Below, piece after piece: positions 37,565 through 46,873 of a stretch of DNA of 64,000 nt. The position numbers were made by a program, and so were the translations under genes. Each line of letters opens with the position of its first letter. The stretch's first letter is position 1. The notes beneath the pieces were generated by a model. That model saw only the letters and a list, made by a program, of their open reading frames with translations, did no database searches and was not told where the DNA came from. The DNA lies in IMG/VR virus record IMGVR_UViG_3300033418_000001, positions 1-64,000 of that record; one strand, given 5' to 3'. The DNA comes from a virus.

Positions 37565-39163
37565 TTACCGGCGCACAGCGGAAGCCGCAGCTTGCCGCTG
37601 CGCGTAAGACTTCTGTACCCGCACGTCCTTCTGGAAGGCCGTGTCGATGATGCCGAGGGATTCTTGCTTCTTCACCGGGGTGGCCGGTTGGCGGTCGTCG
37701 GCGGGGACGCCGCCGATCATGGTGCCGTTGGCCACGACGGCGGCAGTGGTCTCGGCCTTTTGGGCCGTCGCCTTGACGCTCGCCACTTCCGTGGCCAGAT
37801 CGCCAACGCTCTTCGTGATGAGCGCCATGTTCGCGGCCATCTCGGTGAGCATCTTCTGCACGTTCGCATCCATGGCCGGGATCGTAACAGCCGCGTCACC
37901 TTCCTGAGATGCGTCGTCCTTCTTCGCCGGGAAGGGCTTCTTCGGCGCAGCCGCCGGGGCCGCAGCCGCCGGAGCAGCGGCGGGCATCGCCTTGGCCGGT
38001 GCATTCGGGTCCGCCGGGACCGAGGGCGCCGCGTTGGCATCGGCGGCGGGCGCTGCCGCAGCCGGGGCCGAACCTTGGGCCGCAGCGTTCACCGTGGCCT
38101 TCTCGTCGGGCGTCATCTTGGTCCATGCGTCTTCGTCCACGCCCTCGGGCGCTTCGCTGCCATCGTCGCCTTCTTCCGCCGGGGGCATGGCGGCAGCGGC
38201 GGGCGCGGCGGGGGCCGCAGCGGCAGCAGGCGCAGCCGGAGCAGCAGCGGCAGGCGCCGGGGCGGCGGCAGCGGGCTTCTTCGGCGGGAACGCCTTCAGC
38301 AGCAGTTCCATGCGGCTCGCGTCGGCCTTCAGCACCTTGCCTTCACCACCGCACGCCTTGCACCCCTTGGTCTCGCACATCGGGCAGTCCACCGGGGCTT
38401 CGGCCTCGGCCTTGGCCACTGCCGCAGCGTCGAGCGCCGCCTGCGCGGCCATCTTGCGCTTCTTGCACGCCTTGGCCACGATGGCTTCGGCCTTGAACGC
38501 CACCTCGGGCAGAGCCTTGGTCAGGCGGTCCACGTAGCCGGTCAGGCGCGTGGCCTCCACCGCCGTCTGCATCGGGTCGGCGTCGGACTTGAGCGCCACT
38601 TCCGCGCCGTCGAGAGCTTCCGTGCGCGACGGCAGGAAGCCCATCTCCTCGTACAGCGATTCGAACGGCGTGCCCTTGACGATGGTCTCGGCGTCGAGGC
38701 CGGTCACCAGTGCGAGCATCCCGTCGTTCATCTTGACCACGACGGCATCCCCCGGCTCCGTGTCGCCTTGGGCGAACAGCACGGTCTCGTCATCGTTCTC
38801 GATGGCGTTGTCGGTGGTCACGCCGATGGCGGCAAGTTCCGCCTTGTCTTCGTCGGTGAGGTCGCCCTTCTCCACGACGATGCCCGCGAGCAGCACGGGC
38901 GCCGGGTCGGCGGGCTTCACTTCGGCGTCCTTGGCGACGATGACCTGACCACGCGATTGACGCGGCGTGTCGCCATCGGCCTTGAGGACGTTGCGGATGT
39001 CGCTCAGGTCGAGCTTGCCGCCGAGGTTGATCATGTCGGACTCCTGTTGGGGATGTTGCTTGACGATCTTGAAGGGGAGGCGATTGGCGCCGCGCGTCAC
39101 CAGACTGATGAACTCAGCGGTGCCGTTCTCCAACTTGTTCACTTCCAACTTGACGCGGGCCAT
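37565..39163 (-). CDS. Head scaffold/maturation-associated protein
   Basis: Directly upstream of the capsid gene; FISLV.RGAN..PF.IVK N-terminus, CxxC..CxxCGG finger, Pro/Ala linker, C-terminal coiled coil; GAGGA RBS before ATG 39163. Confidence 0.7.
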   Translation of the reverse strand: MARVKLEVNKLENGTAEFISLVTRGANRLPFKIVKQHPQQESDMINLGGKLDLSDIRNVLKADGDTPRQSRGQVIVAKDAEVKPADPAPVLLAGIVVEKGDLTDEDKAELAAIGVTTDNAIENDDETVLFAQGDTEPGDAVVVKMNDGMLALVTGLDAETIVKGTPFESLYEEMGFLPSRTEALDGAEVALKSDADPMQTAVEATRLTGYVDRLTKALPEVAFKAEAIVAKACKKRKMAAQAALDAAAVAKAEAEAPVDCPMCETKGCKACGGEGKVLKADASRMELLLKAFPPKKPAAAAPAPAAAAPAAPAAAAAPAAPAAAAMPPAEEGDDGSEAPEGVDEDAWTKMTPDEKATVNAAAQGSAPAAAAPAADANAAPSVPADPNAPAKAMPAAAPAAAAPAAAPKKPFPAKKDDASQEGDAAVTIPAMDANVQKMLTEMAANMALITKSVGDLATEVASVKATAQKAETTAAVVANGTMIGGVPADDRQPATPVKKQESLGIIDTAFQKDVRVQKSYAQRQAAASAVRR

Positions 39164-39185
39164 GGATTTCCTCAGCAGTGGGGCC

Positions 39186-39214
39186 ACTGTAGCAACGTGG
39201 CCCGCACCTGACAA
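39186..39214 (-). promoter_or_regulatory. Putative sigma70-type promoter for scaffold/capsid
   Basis: Minus strand TTGTCA-17 bp-TACAGT with extended TG; a palindrome copy lies 2 bp upstream of the -35. Confidence 0.5.
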
Positions 39215-39216
39215 CG

Positions 39217-39230
39217 TGCAGACATCTGCA
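39217..39230. repeat. Dispersed palindrome copy 9 (CA type), intergenic
   Basis: Exact match; abuts a putative promoter. Confidence 0.9.
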
Positions 39231-39233
39231 AAA

Positions 39234-40709
39234 TCATCCGAACAAGTTGCGCTTCAGCACCATGAGCAGGTCGCCCTTGCGGGTGATCAGCTTGGCGATG
39301 AGGCGCACGCGCTTGGTTATCGGATCGAGGAACTTGGTGGTGCCGGTGTTGATCAGTTCGTCGGGCGTGGTGTGGTAGGTCTCGGTCAGCTTCTTGTACT
39401 GGCGCTGCCCCAGATCGAGAACCTTGGCCAAGCCCTCGTTGGCCTTGCCGCGCTCCATGGTCACTTCGACCGCGCCTTCCTTCTCGTTCCACGACACACC
39501 CTTGTACTGCGACCCCACCATGCCGAGCGTGAACTTGGGCAGCACGCCCGACACCTCGGACACCGCGCTGCTGTACGCGGCCTTCAGTTGCGGTGTGAGG
39601 TGGTCGGCCTTGTCGATGTTGGCCCGCATCAGTTCCTTGGCGCTGCCCACGTCGATCTTGCCCGCGCCGAGCTTGACCAACACCTCGATGTTGCCCGGGA
39701 CGTGGCGCAGCATGGGCGGCATCTTCTCCTTGTGGAACAGGGCGAAGTTGTCCGCCGTGCTGAAGGCGGAAATCTCGGGCCTGCGCTCCCAGTCCACAGC
39801 GGGCGAGTCGTGGGCGCCGATCATGTTCGATGCGAGCGTCACCCAGTCCTTGCCCATGCTCTTCTCCAACGTCGGGGCAAGGTGTTCGTTGAAGTATTGC
39901 TGCGACCACCGGGGGTGATCGTTGTCGAGGAAGTTGCGCGCCGGGGGCGTGAGGTAGCCCATGTCGTGCGTCGCCGCGACCACGCTCATCAGCAGGCGGT
40001 TGCCCGGGGTGTTCACGTTCATGGGCAGCACACCGAGGATTTCCTTGGCCATCAGGGCGTCCTGCCGCAGGTGGAAGCTGCCGTGGTCACCGAGCGTGCG
40101 CGATGCGGCCTCGTAGTCCTGCGCGATCACCATGCGGGCCAGTGCGTGTTGCAAGTGGCCTGCGTCCTCTGCCGACATGCCTGCGGCGAGCGCATCCACG
40201 TGCGCTGCGCCCACCAGTTCCTTGATCGCCTGTTGGTTGTCGGGCGGCAGGATGTGCGCGTAGCCCTTCACGTAGTCGTCCAACGTGGTGAAGGGCTTGT
40301 CGGGGCCGAGCAGTTCGTTCATGCGCGCGGGCACCGTGTTGCGCGGGTCAGCCAAGCCGTCCCGATGCTCGCGGGTCAGCTTGTTGAAGGCCGGGTTGCG
40401 CTCCATGATGTCCATCTTGCTGAAGTCGTCCATGGTGGCAGGGCCACCGGGCGCCGCAGTGAACTGCCCGCCGATCTGCGTGCCCTTCGGCTCCCTCGGG
40501 TGCGCTTGCTCGTTCCACCCTTCGGCCTTCTGCGTGCCCATGGGGATGCGCTGCGCCTCGGGCAGGTAGCCGTTGATCAGCCGCTTCATGGACTCGGGCA
40601 CCGCCTCCATGCTCTCGATGCCGCGACACTCGCCCACCAGTGGCCACGCCACCTCGGGTGGCATGTTGGGCGCCGCGACGCGCAGGTACGCACGCAGTTC
40701 AGGGTTCAT
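39234..40709 (-). CDS. HD-domain phosphohydrolase carrying the HPREP..GGQF tag
   Basis: DHG..H...THDMGY...H...AHD...AD metal-binding pattern; tag KAEGWNEQAHPREPKGTQIGGQF near the N-terminus. Confidence 0.7.
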   Translation of the reverse strand: MNPELRAYLRVAAPNMPPEVAWPLVGECRGIESMEAVPESMKRLINGYLPEAQRIPMGTQKAEGWNEQAHPREPKGTQIGGQFTAAPGGPATMDDFSKMDIMERNPAFNKLTREHRDGLADPRNTVPARMNELLGPDKPFTTLDDYVKGYAHILPPDNQQAIKELVGAAHVDALAAGMSAEDAGHLQHALARMVIAQDYEAASRTLGDHGSFHLRQDALMAKEILGVLPMNVNTPGNRLLMSVVAATHDMGYLTPPARNFLDNDHPRWSQQYFNEHLAPTLEKSMGKDWVTLASNMIGAHDSPAVDWERRPEISAFSTADNFALFHKEKMPPMLRHVPGNIEVLVKLGAGKIDVGSAKELMRANIDKADHLTPQLKAAYSSAVSEVSGVLPKFTLGMVGSQYKGVSWNEKEGAVEVTMERGKANEGLAKVLDLGQRQYKKLTETYHTTPDELINTGTTKFLDPITKRVRLIAKLITRKGDLLMVLKRNLFG

Positions 40710-42547
40710 TGGTTCGCCTCCATGATCAGCCGCAGGTAGCGGTCGCGCCGCTTCTTGTCCTTCATGTGCATGATTGCCCCGATGACGCCCTCGCCCTTGG
40801 TCCTACCGAAGGAAGAGGCGGTCATCACGTCCATCATTACCCGCCGGGGCACCACCAAGCCCATGTACTGATGATTCCATGGGTCGGGCACCGTGTGGTC
40901 CACCATGCGCGAACCCTCACGGTTCCATGCGTGGGCAAGGGGGATGCCATGCTCCGTGACGATGCCCTCCACGTAGTCTACGCGAGGGCTGTCGGGCTTC
41001 AGCATCGACTCCACGATCACGTCCACGCTGTTGTTGTAGCAGCGGTGGGGCGTGCGGATGTCGTCGCTGCCGTTCACCTCCATGGGCTTGCCGTAGCGGT
41101 GCACGAAGTCGAGACGCGGGGCATTGCCGTCCACCGCCTCGATGATCTTGCCGAGCAGGCTCTTCACCGGCTCGTCTTCGCTCACGTTGCCAAGCCGCGA
41201 CACGATGGCCAACGTCGAGATGGCGTTCATGTGCGGCGACATGCCCTCGATGGGCGAACGGTTCTTGTCCTTCAGGTAGGCGAACTCATCGGGGGCGTCC
41301 GCCACAGCGTTTTCACTGGTGGTGAACCTGCCCCTCTCGTCGTGGTTGGGGTTGAACTTCTTCACCTTCACGCGCTTCACCGCCTTGCCCGTGTGCGTGC
41401 GCCACTCGGACAGTGCGCTCACCTGATAGCCCATGGCCTTCTTGCTGCGCGGAGCGAACTCCATCAACTGAATCTCTTCGCGCTTGGTCTGCCCCAGTGC
41501 AATGAGGTTGGAACTGAAGAACAGCGGGTCGAGTTGCTTGGTCACCGCTTCGCGCGCCGCGAGCCACTTCTTCAGGAACTCCTCACGCCGACGCTGTGCT
41601 TCCTCGGGCGTGGCATCCCGCTCCACCACCGCGAGGTTGCGATCCTTCAGCGTGTGCGTGACCTTCATGCCCTCAAGGTTCTTGCGCTCGCTCGCACTGG
41701 TGTTGTTGGTGCGCTTCCACTCCAACATCTCGTTGGTGAAGCCTGCGCCATACAACTCGATGACCTTGCTGTGCAGAGCTTCGTAAGCGCCGAAGGGCAC
41801 ATCCGTTCCCGGGTAGTTGCCCGCTCCGCTGCCGTAGTACAGCGCCATCTTCTCAAGGAAGCCGTCCTTGCGTGCCGTCTCCACCATCTGCTCTGTGGTG
41901 ATGTCCCCCGCCATGTAGTCGCGGGCGAGCAGCATCGCACTGTGGATGTCCTCGGCCACCTTCTTGTCCACGGCGAAGCTGATGGTGTCCGATGTGCCGC
42001 CGCCCAAGCCCACCCCAGAGGTCTGACTTAGCTCGTCGCGGGTCTTGAGGCCATGCTTGGCCACGTCGGTGGCCGCAGTGGTCACGTGGTACAGCTTGGG
42101 CGGCAACGGCTCATACGGACTCGATCCGTTGTTGCCATAGAAGCCGCGCGCCTTGGCCGTCTTCTCGTCAATGTCGCCCAAGGAGAGGGCTTCCGACGTT
42201 TGCCGCGTCCACTCGTTGTTGAGGGCACGCTTCTGCCGCATGGCGGCATCCACCCGATCCTGCAACTCAGGAGGTGCCTTGTCGTGGCTCAGGTACTCAT
42301 CGAGCAGGGCACGGTACTCGGCAGCGTTCTCCCCGGCGAAATCGGCCCGGGTCTGATCGTAGGCATGGGCGAACTGCCCGCCCTTGGGCGAGCCTGCGGG
42401 TTCGTGGTTGGGGTTGAACTTGAGGATTGCAGACATCTGCACACCCTCTTCGTCGTCCACGAAGGTCGCAGGCGTGTCCTGCCACGGCTGCGTCTTGTCG
42501 AAGGAGACCGAAGCGAAGAAGTCGTCCATCAGCGTGTCAGTCGTCAT
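40706..42547 (-). CDS. Polyvalent protein: ART-like domain plus papain/transglutaminase-like domain
   Basis: LYHVT...GL...ISF...EWR (ART-like); CYNNS...YVEG...HAWN...VDHT (Cys-His-Asp); two KFNPNH tags. Start uncertain (42547 or the MSAILK Met inside the 42428 palindrome). Confidence 0.65.
   Translation of the reverse strand: MTTDTLMDDFFASVSFDKTQPWQDTPATFVDDEEGVQMSAILKFNPNHEPAGSPKGGQFAHAYDQTRADFAGENAAEYRALLDEYLSHDKAPPELQDRVDAAMRQKRALNNEWTRQTSEALSLGDIDEKTAKARGFYGNNGSSPYEPLPPKLYHVTTAATDVAKHGLKTRDELSQTSGVGLGGGTSDTISFAVDKKVAEDIHSAMLLARDYMAGDITTEQMVETARKDGFLEKMALYYGSGAGNYPGTDVPFGAYEALHSKVIELYGAGFTNEMLEWKRTNNTSASERKNLEGMKVTHTLKDRNLAVVERDATPEEAQRRREEFLKKWLAAREAVTKQLDPLFFSSNLIALGQTKREEIQLMEFAPRSKKAMGYQVSALSEWRTHTGKAVKRVKVKKFNPNHDERGRFTTSENAVADAPDEFAYLKDKNRSPIEGMSPHMNAISTLAIVSRLGNVSEDEPVKSLLGKIIEAVDGNAPRLDFVHRYGKPMEVNGSDDIRTPHRCYNNSVDVIVESMLKPDSPRVDYVEGIVTEHGIPLAHAWNREGSRMVDHTVPDPWNHQYMGLVVPRRVMMDVMTASSFGRTKGEGVIGAIMHMKDKKRRDRYLRLIMEANQ
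42428..42441. repeat. Dispersed palindrome copy 10 (CA type), intragenic
   Basis: Exact match. Confidence 0.9.
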
Positions 42548-45500
42548 GCTTCTTCCTCTTGGTCTTCTCCTTGCCCGCCCACCGCCCCCACACCGTGGGG
42601 TCGATGTAGCTGCCGAGAGCCACCATGCGCGTGTTGCCCAAGTGCTTGGACACCACGTCGCCCACGTGCACCCGGGCCTTGCGGTACTCGGCCTCGGTGG
42701 CAGGCTCGCCAATCTCCTTCAGCACCTTGAGCGCAGTGTACGTGCCATGCCACGTGCGAAAGTCCTTGGCCGAGAACGGTTGGCCCGTCACATCCTTCAG
42801 GTACTTGTTGACGCGCCCCTCGTTGGTGGCGAACAGCCGCTCGTCCTTGGTGGTGTGTCGCTTGCGGTTGCGAATGTACTGCGCGAGCAGCATGTCGTTC
42901 AACTCATGGCTCTGCATCACCGCGTGCTTGCCGGGGAAGTTGAAGGTGAGCTTAGTGCCCGACACCACCACGTGCCGATCCAACAGCGTGGACGCGCCGT
43001 AGGCTTTGCCCTTCTTCGTTTCGAACTCGTTCTCGCCGCCAACGCGGAAGCCCGTCTTCGACATCAGGCGCACTACTGCCGCCGTGTCCCGCTCCGCTTG
43101 CGTCTTCCCACTCAGCATGTCGTCGTGCGAGCGCCGCCGCAGCAACGGCATGGCCCCGTTGAAGTCCTTCAGGCGCGAGAACTTCTCCGCTGCGTTGCTG
43201 CCCATGGCCTCGGCGCTGTAGCGGTACTGCAACTTGCCATTGCGCGCAGTCCACGTGGCCTGCAACGGCTCCGTGGGGTCGGGGTTGAGGTGCACGTTGA
43301 TCGAGGCAGGCGGGATGGCCATGCCCTTGAGGCGTGCAGCTACCGGCTCCGGCACCTCGCTGTGATCGCCACCATAGCGCCACACCTTGTCATCGAAGTA
43401 CATGCCGGTGCCCTGCCGCCATTGAGCGAACTGGCCCCCCTTCGGCGTGCCCGCAGGCTCGCGTGGGTGCTTGCTCTCATCGAACTTGAAGGCACGGTAC
43501 GCATCGCCAATCTCGATGAAGTATTGCAGCGGCATGGTGAAGTCGCACTTCGTGACCTTGCCACGGTTCTCAGCAATGATGCGTCGAGCCACCCGTTCGA
43601 TTTCATAGGCTTGATCCGTTCCCTCTGCTCTGCGTCCGAGCGATTCCAGATGATCGAAGACGGCACGTTCGAACTGCTCCATGCCGACAAGCTGCATCGC
43701 CCGGTTCATCGCTTCCACGGTCGGCAGTTCGTCGTGCCCCTCTTGCTGCTTCGCGTTCTGGGCGGTCGTGAACCTGCCACGTGCGTCATGGAACGGGTTG
43801 AACTTGAGGATGGTCGAGAATTGATGCTTCTGGGTTCGCGCTTGGTCGGAAGTCGTTGCAGATGTCTGCAATCGAATGCGATCCAGATGCTCCTTGAACG
43901 CCCGCCGGATGGCCTCGGGGCTGAACCCGTGCCGGGGGAAGGTGGTCATCGGCACCGATGCCACGCGCTCTGACGTGTGGCTGTCGTCCCGCGCCGGGAA
44001 CGAGTACCACACCGAGGGGAAGTCCTTCTCGTCACCTGCACTGCGCCCCACCACGGGGGAGCCATAGGTGCTGCGGTCGCGGATGGTCTCGTACTCGCCG
44101 AAGTGCTTGCCCAAGGTCACCTTGTACAGCGACACGTGACTGCCGAGCGTGTAGCCGCGCTCCGGCTGTTCGAAGTCGTTCATGTCGTCATAGAAGCCCA
44201 CCACGCCATCGGCATTGCCTGCGTTCACGCCTTGGAGGCTGTTGTGCTTGCCGCTGTCGATGCGATAGACGAGGAACGATTCGCCGGGTTGGGGCACGTT
44301 CCATGAGCCGTCCGCGTTCTGCCGCTCCTCTTTGAAGCCGGGGCCGATGCCCGCCTTGTCCACGATGGGTGCAGGCGGGGGGAAGGCATCGCTGTACGCA
44401 GGGTGGTCCTTGGGCAGGTACCACCGGGGCACCTTCTCCCACTGCGGGTTGCGGTTGCGGTCGCCTTCCTTGGGCGGGCCTTGGAACTCGGCGTACTTGG
44501 GACTGGACCCCTTCATGTACATGAGGTCGTGGCGCGTGGGGTGCGACCACGGGTTGGCCGCGTTGGTGGTCCACCGGCCCCACTCGTCGCGCGGCTGCAT
44601 CTCGTCGTACTTCTTGGCCGTGGGGAAGCGCGTCAGGTACGACGGGTCGCCATAGCCCGGGGACTGCTTGAAGCCGTGCCGCTTGTACCACGCCACCAAC
44701 TGGGCCTTGGTGAGTCCCTTGCCCTTGGCCCCGGCGTCGGGGATGGGCTTGGCGTTCAAGTCGATGGCCACGCCATGCTCGTCCGCCATCTGGGTAATCT
44801 CGCGCATCAACTCGGAGGCTTCGCCCTTGCCCTTGCTGCCGTAGCTGATGATCGAGGACAGGTGCACCTGATCCATGCCCTGCCATGGCGACATGTCGAT
44901 GCCCACGTTGCGACGCAGGCGTTGCCGATCATCGAAGGGGTGCGCTTGCGAGCCTTCGATCCACTCCTGCATGAAGGCAGTGGCCTTCTCGGTGAAGCGC
45001 CCGGTCTTCGGGTCGTGGTTGGGGTTCATCTTGGTGATGGCCGTCACCAAGCCCTCCCCGTACTGGAACATGCGCTTGAAGCCATGGCGACGCTTGCGCT
45101 TCGGGCCTTGGGCAGCAGGCAGGCGTCCGCCACGGTCGAGGTCGGCCTGTGCGAGGTCTTCCTTCTTGGTGCGCGGTTGGCCGCGAGCGAAGGTGTCGTA
45201 CTCGTTGAAGTAGTGGTCGAAGATGCCCTTGATGGACTTGATCGAGGTGCGACCGCTCTCGCGGATTTCCTTCGGCTTGTCGTGGCTGTAGGTGGCCGCG
45301 AAGGCTTCGGCGAACCACTCCCGGTCGTTGACCGCCGCGTAGGTGGAGATAGCGGTCTCGCTGTCCACCTCCTGCCGCAGGCGTTGGGTGAGCAGCTTGC
45401 CATTGCGCTTGGTGCGCTTGCCGAGGTAGTCGAGTTCGCCCTGTTCGAACGCCTGCACGTGGTGGCCGAACTCATGCACGAAGATGCTGCCCACGGTGTC

Positions 45501-46106
45501 GTTGCCGAGGGGGTGGTAGCCCGCCTCCTCCGCTTCCCGCAACTCCATCAGCAGCGATCCGGCCCGGGTCACCGGGGTGGTCAGCAGGTCGTCACGATGG
45601 CGCCCATCGGTGATGAGGTTGCTGCCCATGTCGAAGTAGCGCGGGTTGAAGCGCATGTGCCCGTGTTCCATCGCCGCCCATGCCCCGGCGTGGTTGCCGG
45701 TGGCCGCGAACACACTGTCGGCAGTCTCCTGCATCCCGATGGTGTCGAGCGCCGCGAAGGCGTCGGGATGGCTGTTGGCCATGCGGTCGATCTGCGTGGC
45801 CACTTCGCGCAGGGCGAAGGGGTGCATCCACTCCATGTTGCGGAAGGTGAGATGCGGGTGAGCTTCCTGCAACGCCTTGACGATGGCGTAGGCCGACTTG
45901 CCTTGGTACTTGTCGGCGACGAGGCCGCGCAGGTCTTGCTCGCTCTCGTAGCGGTCCACTGCTTGGCGCAGTTCCGCTTCGGAGACACGCCGGAAGGCGC
46001 GTTCGAACGGGGAGTCTAGGGCAGCACCGCCATGGCCCGCGAAGGTGAAGCGCCCATCCTTCGGATCATGATTCGGGTTGTACTTGAGGACGGACTGCCA
46101 GTCCAT
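42537..46106 (-). CDS. Polyvalent protein: zincin metallopeptidase, GNAT, unknown domains and C-terminal type IB topoisomerase
   Basis: HEFGH...STYA..N..EWFAEAF; GKGEAS.LM...WYKRHGF; IPPA...QYRY...TGFRVG...YGASTL...FPGK...AKDFRTW...LGNT...SYIDP; five tags separate the segments. Confidence 0.8.
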   Translation of the reverse strand: MDWQSVLKYNPNHDPKDGRFTFAGHGGAALDSPFERAFRRVSEAELRQAVDRYESEQDLRGLVADKYQGKSAYAIVKALQEAHPHLTFRNMEWMHPFALREVATQIDRMANSHPDAFAALDTIGMQETADSVFAATGNHAGAWAAMEHGHMRFNPRYFDMGSNLITDGRHRDDLLTTPVTRAGSLLMELREAEEAGYHPLGNDTVGSIFVHEFGHHVQAFEQGELDYLGKRTKRNGKLLTQRLRQEVDSETAISTYAAVNDREWFAEAFAATYSHDKPKEIRESGRTSIKSIKGIFDHYFNEYDTFARGQPRTKKEDLAQADLDRGGRLPAAQGPKRKRRHGFKRMFQYGEGLVTAITKMNPNHDPKTGRFTEKATAFMQEWIEGSQAHPFDDRQRLRRNVGIDMSPWQGMDQVHLSSIISYGSKGKGEASELMREITQMADEHGVAIDLNAKPIPDAGAKGKGLTKAQLVAWYKRHGFKQSPGYGDPSYLTRFPTAKKYDEMQPRDEWGRWTTNAANPWSHPTRHDLMYMKGSSPKYAEFQGPPKEGDRNRNPQWEKVPRWYLPKDHPAYSDAFPPPAPIVDKAGIGPGFKEERQNADGSWNVPQPGESFLVYRIDSGKHNSLQGVNAGNADGVVGFYDDMNDFEQPERGYTLGSHVSLYKVTLGKHFGEYETIRDRSTYGSPVVGRSAGDEKDFPSVWYSFPARDDSHTSERVASVPMTTFPRHGFSPEAIRRAFKEHLDRIRLQTSATTSDQARTQKHQFSTILKFNPFHDARGRFTTAQNAKQQEGHDELPTVEAMNRAMQLVGMEQFERAVFDHLESLGRRAEGTDQAYEIERVARRIIAENRGKVTKCDFTMPLQYFIEIGDAYRAFKFDESKHPREPAGTPKGGQFAQWRQGTGMYFDDKVWRYGGDHSEVPEPVAARLKGMAIPPASINVHLNPDPTEPLQATWTARNGKLQYRYSAEAMGSNAAEKFSRLKDFNGAMPLLRRRSHDDMLSGKTQAERDTAAVVRLMSKTGFRVGGENEFETKKGKAYGASTLLDRHVVVSGTKLTFNFPGKHAVMQSHELNDMLLAQYIRNRKRHTTKDERLFATNEGRVNKYLKDVTGQPFSAKDFRTWHGTYTALKVLKEIGEPATEAEYRKARVHVGDVVSKHLGNTRMVALGSYIDPTVWGRWAGKEKTKRKKHDD
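43857..43870. repeat. Dispersed palindrome copy 11 (TG type), intragenic
   Basis: Exact match; in an inter-domain linker. Confidence 0.9.
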
Positions 46107-46284
46107 AGGTCTTCCCACCGGGTTGGGGTTCGTAACGGACCCCATTATCGCCCGCAGCGGGGAACCTGTGATCGAACGAGTTCATCAGGATGGTGAGGGG
46201 GATGCCGTGAGGGAACGCCGCGCAGTTGAAGGTACCCCTTTGCAGATGTCTGCAACCCATGCACATGGGCACGCCACCGATCAT
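46066..46284 (-). CDS. Small Cys/His protein (C..C.H...C.AFP.GIP...DH..P..GD.G)
   Basis: Motif typical of small ORFs in phage head modules; ATGA overlap with the XkdF stop. Confidence 0.65.
   Translation of the reverse strand: MIGGVPMCMGCRHLQRGTFNCAAFPHGIPLTILMNSFDHRFPAAGDNGVRYEPQPGGKTYGLAVRPQVQPES
46241..46254. repeat. Dispersed palindrome copy 12 (TG type), intragenic
   Basis: Exact match; read as CRHLQ. Confidence 0.9.
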
Positions 46285-46871
46285 GACGTGGCCTCTTCCC
46301 ACAGCACCTTCTCCACGTAGCTGAAGCGATGGTTGTGGCCGAGGGAAGATTCGGTCACCGTGCCGCGCTTGATCACATGGCTGTGGCCATCGGCAGCGGA
46401 TGAGGTGCGCCCGCCGAGGAACTGGCCGTTGTCGTCGTAGGAGACGAAGAACTCATGGTCATGGCCATCGTCGGCCTTGGCCACAAGCCCGCTGATCACC
46501 GGGGGTAGTTCCACCGTCATGGTGGCCTTCTCCCGGGTGACGAGGGCTTCCATCGAGTAGCCGTTGATTTCGCCCTTCTTGATCATCGACCACACGCCCT
46601 TATCGGGGATGTGCATCCCCACCACCCATGACCCCTTGATGAAGTCGGGGTCGCCCTTGCGGGCGATGAAGGACTCGATGATGTAGGCGTTGACGAGCTT
46701 GTTGTTGTGCTGAAGGTCGATGCGATCCGTCTTGCGCTCGCGCATGAACTTGTAGGCCATCTGCTCGATGGCCGTCTCGGTCATGATGTCGCCGTCAGCA
46801 TCGGGGATGTTGGGCGCGTAGACCTCGGCCCACACCATCTGTTGGTCTTCCGACGCAAGCTTGAGGTCCAT
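46281..46871 (-). CDS. XkdF-like putative prohead serine protease
   Basis: VWAEVYAP...DADGD...IDLQH...IESFIAR..DPDF..GSWVVG...IKKGEINGYSME; C-terminal GH.H repeats. Confidence 0.85.
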   Translation of the reverse strand: MDLKLASEDQQMVWAEVYAPNIPDADGDIMTETAIEQMAYKFMRERKTDRIDLQHNNKLVNAYIIESFIARKGDPDFIKGSWVVGMHIPDKGVWSMIKKGEINGYSMEALVTREKATMTVELPPVISGLVAKADDGHDHEFFVSYDDNGQFLGGRTSSAADGHSHVIKRGTVTESSLGHNHRFSYVEKVLWEEATS

Positions 46872-46873
46872 GG

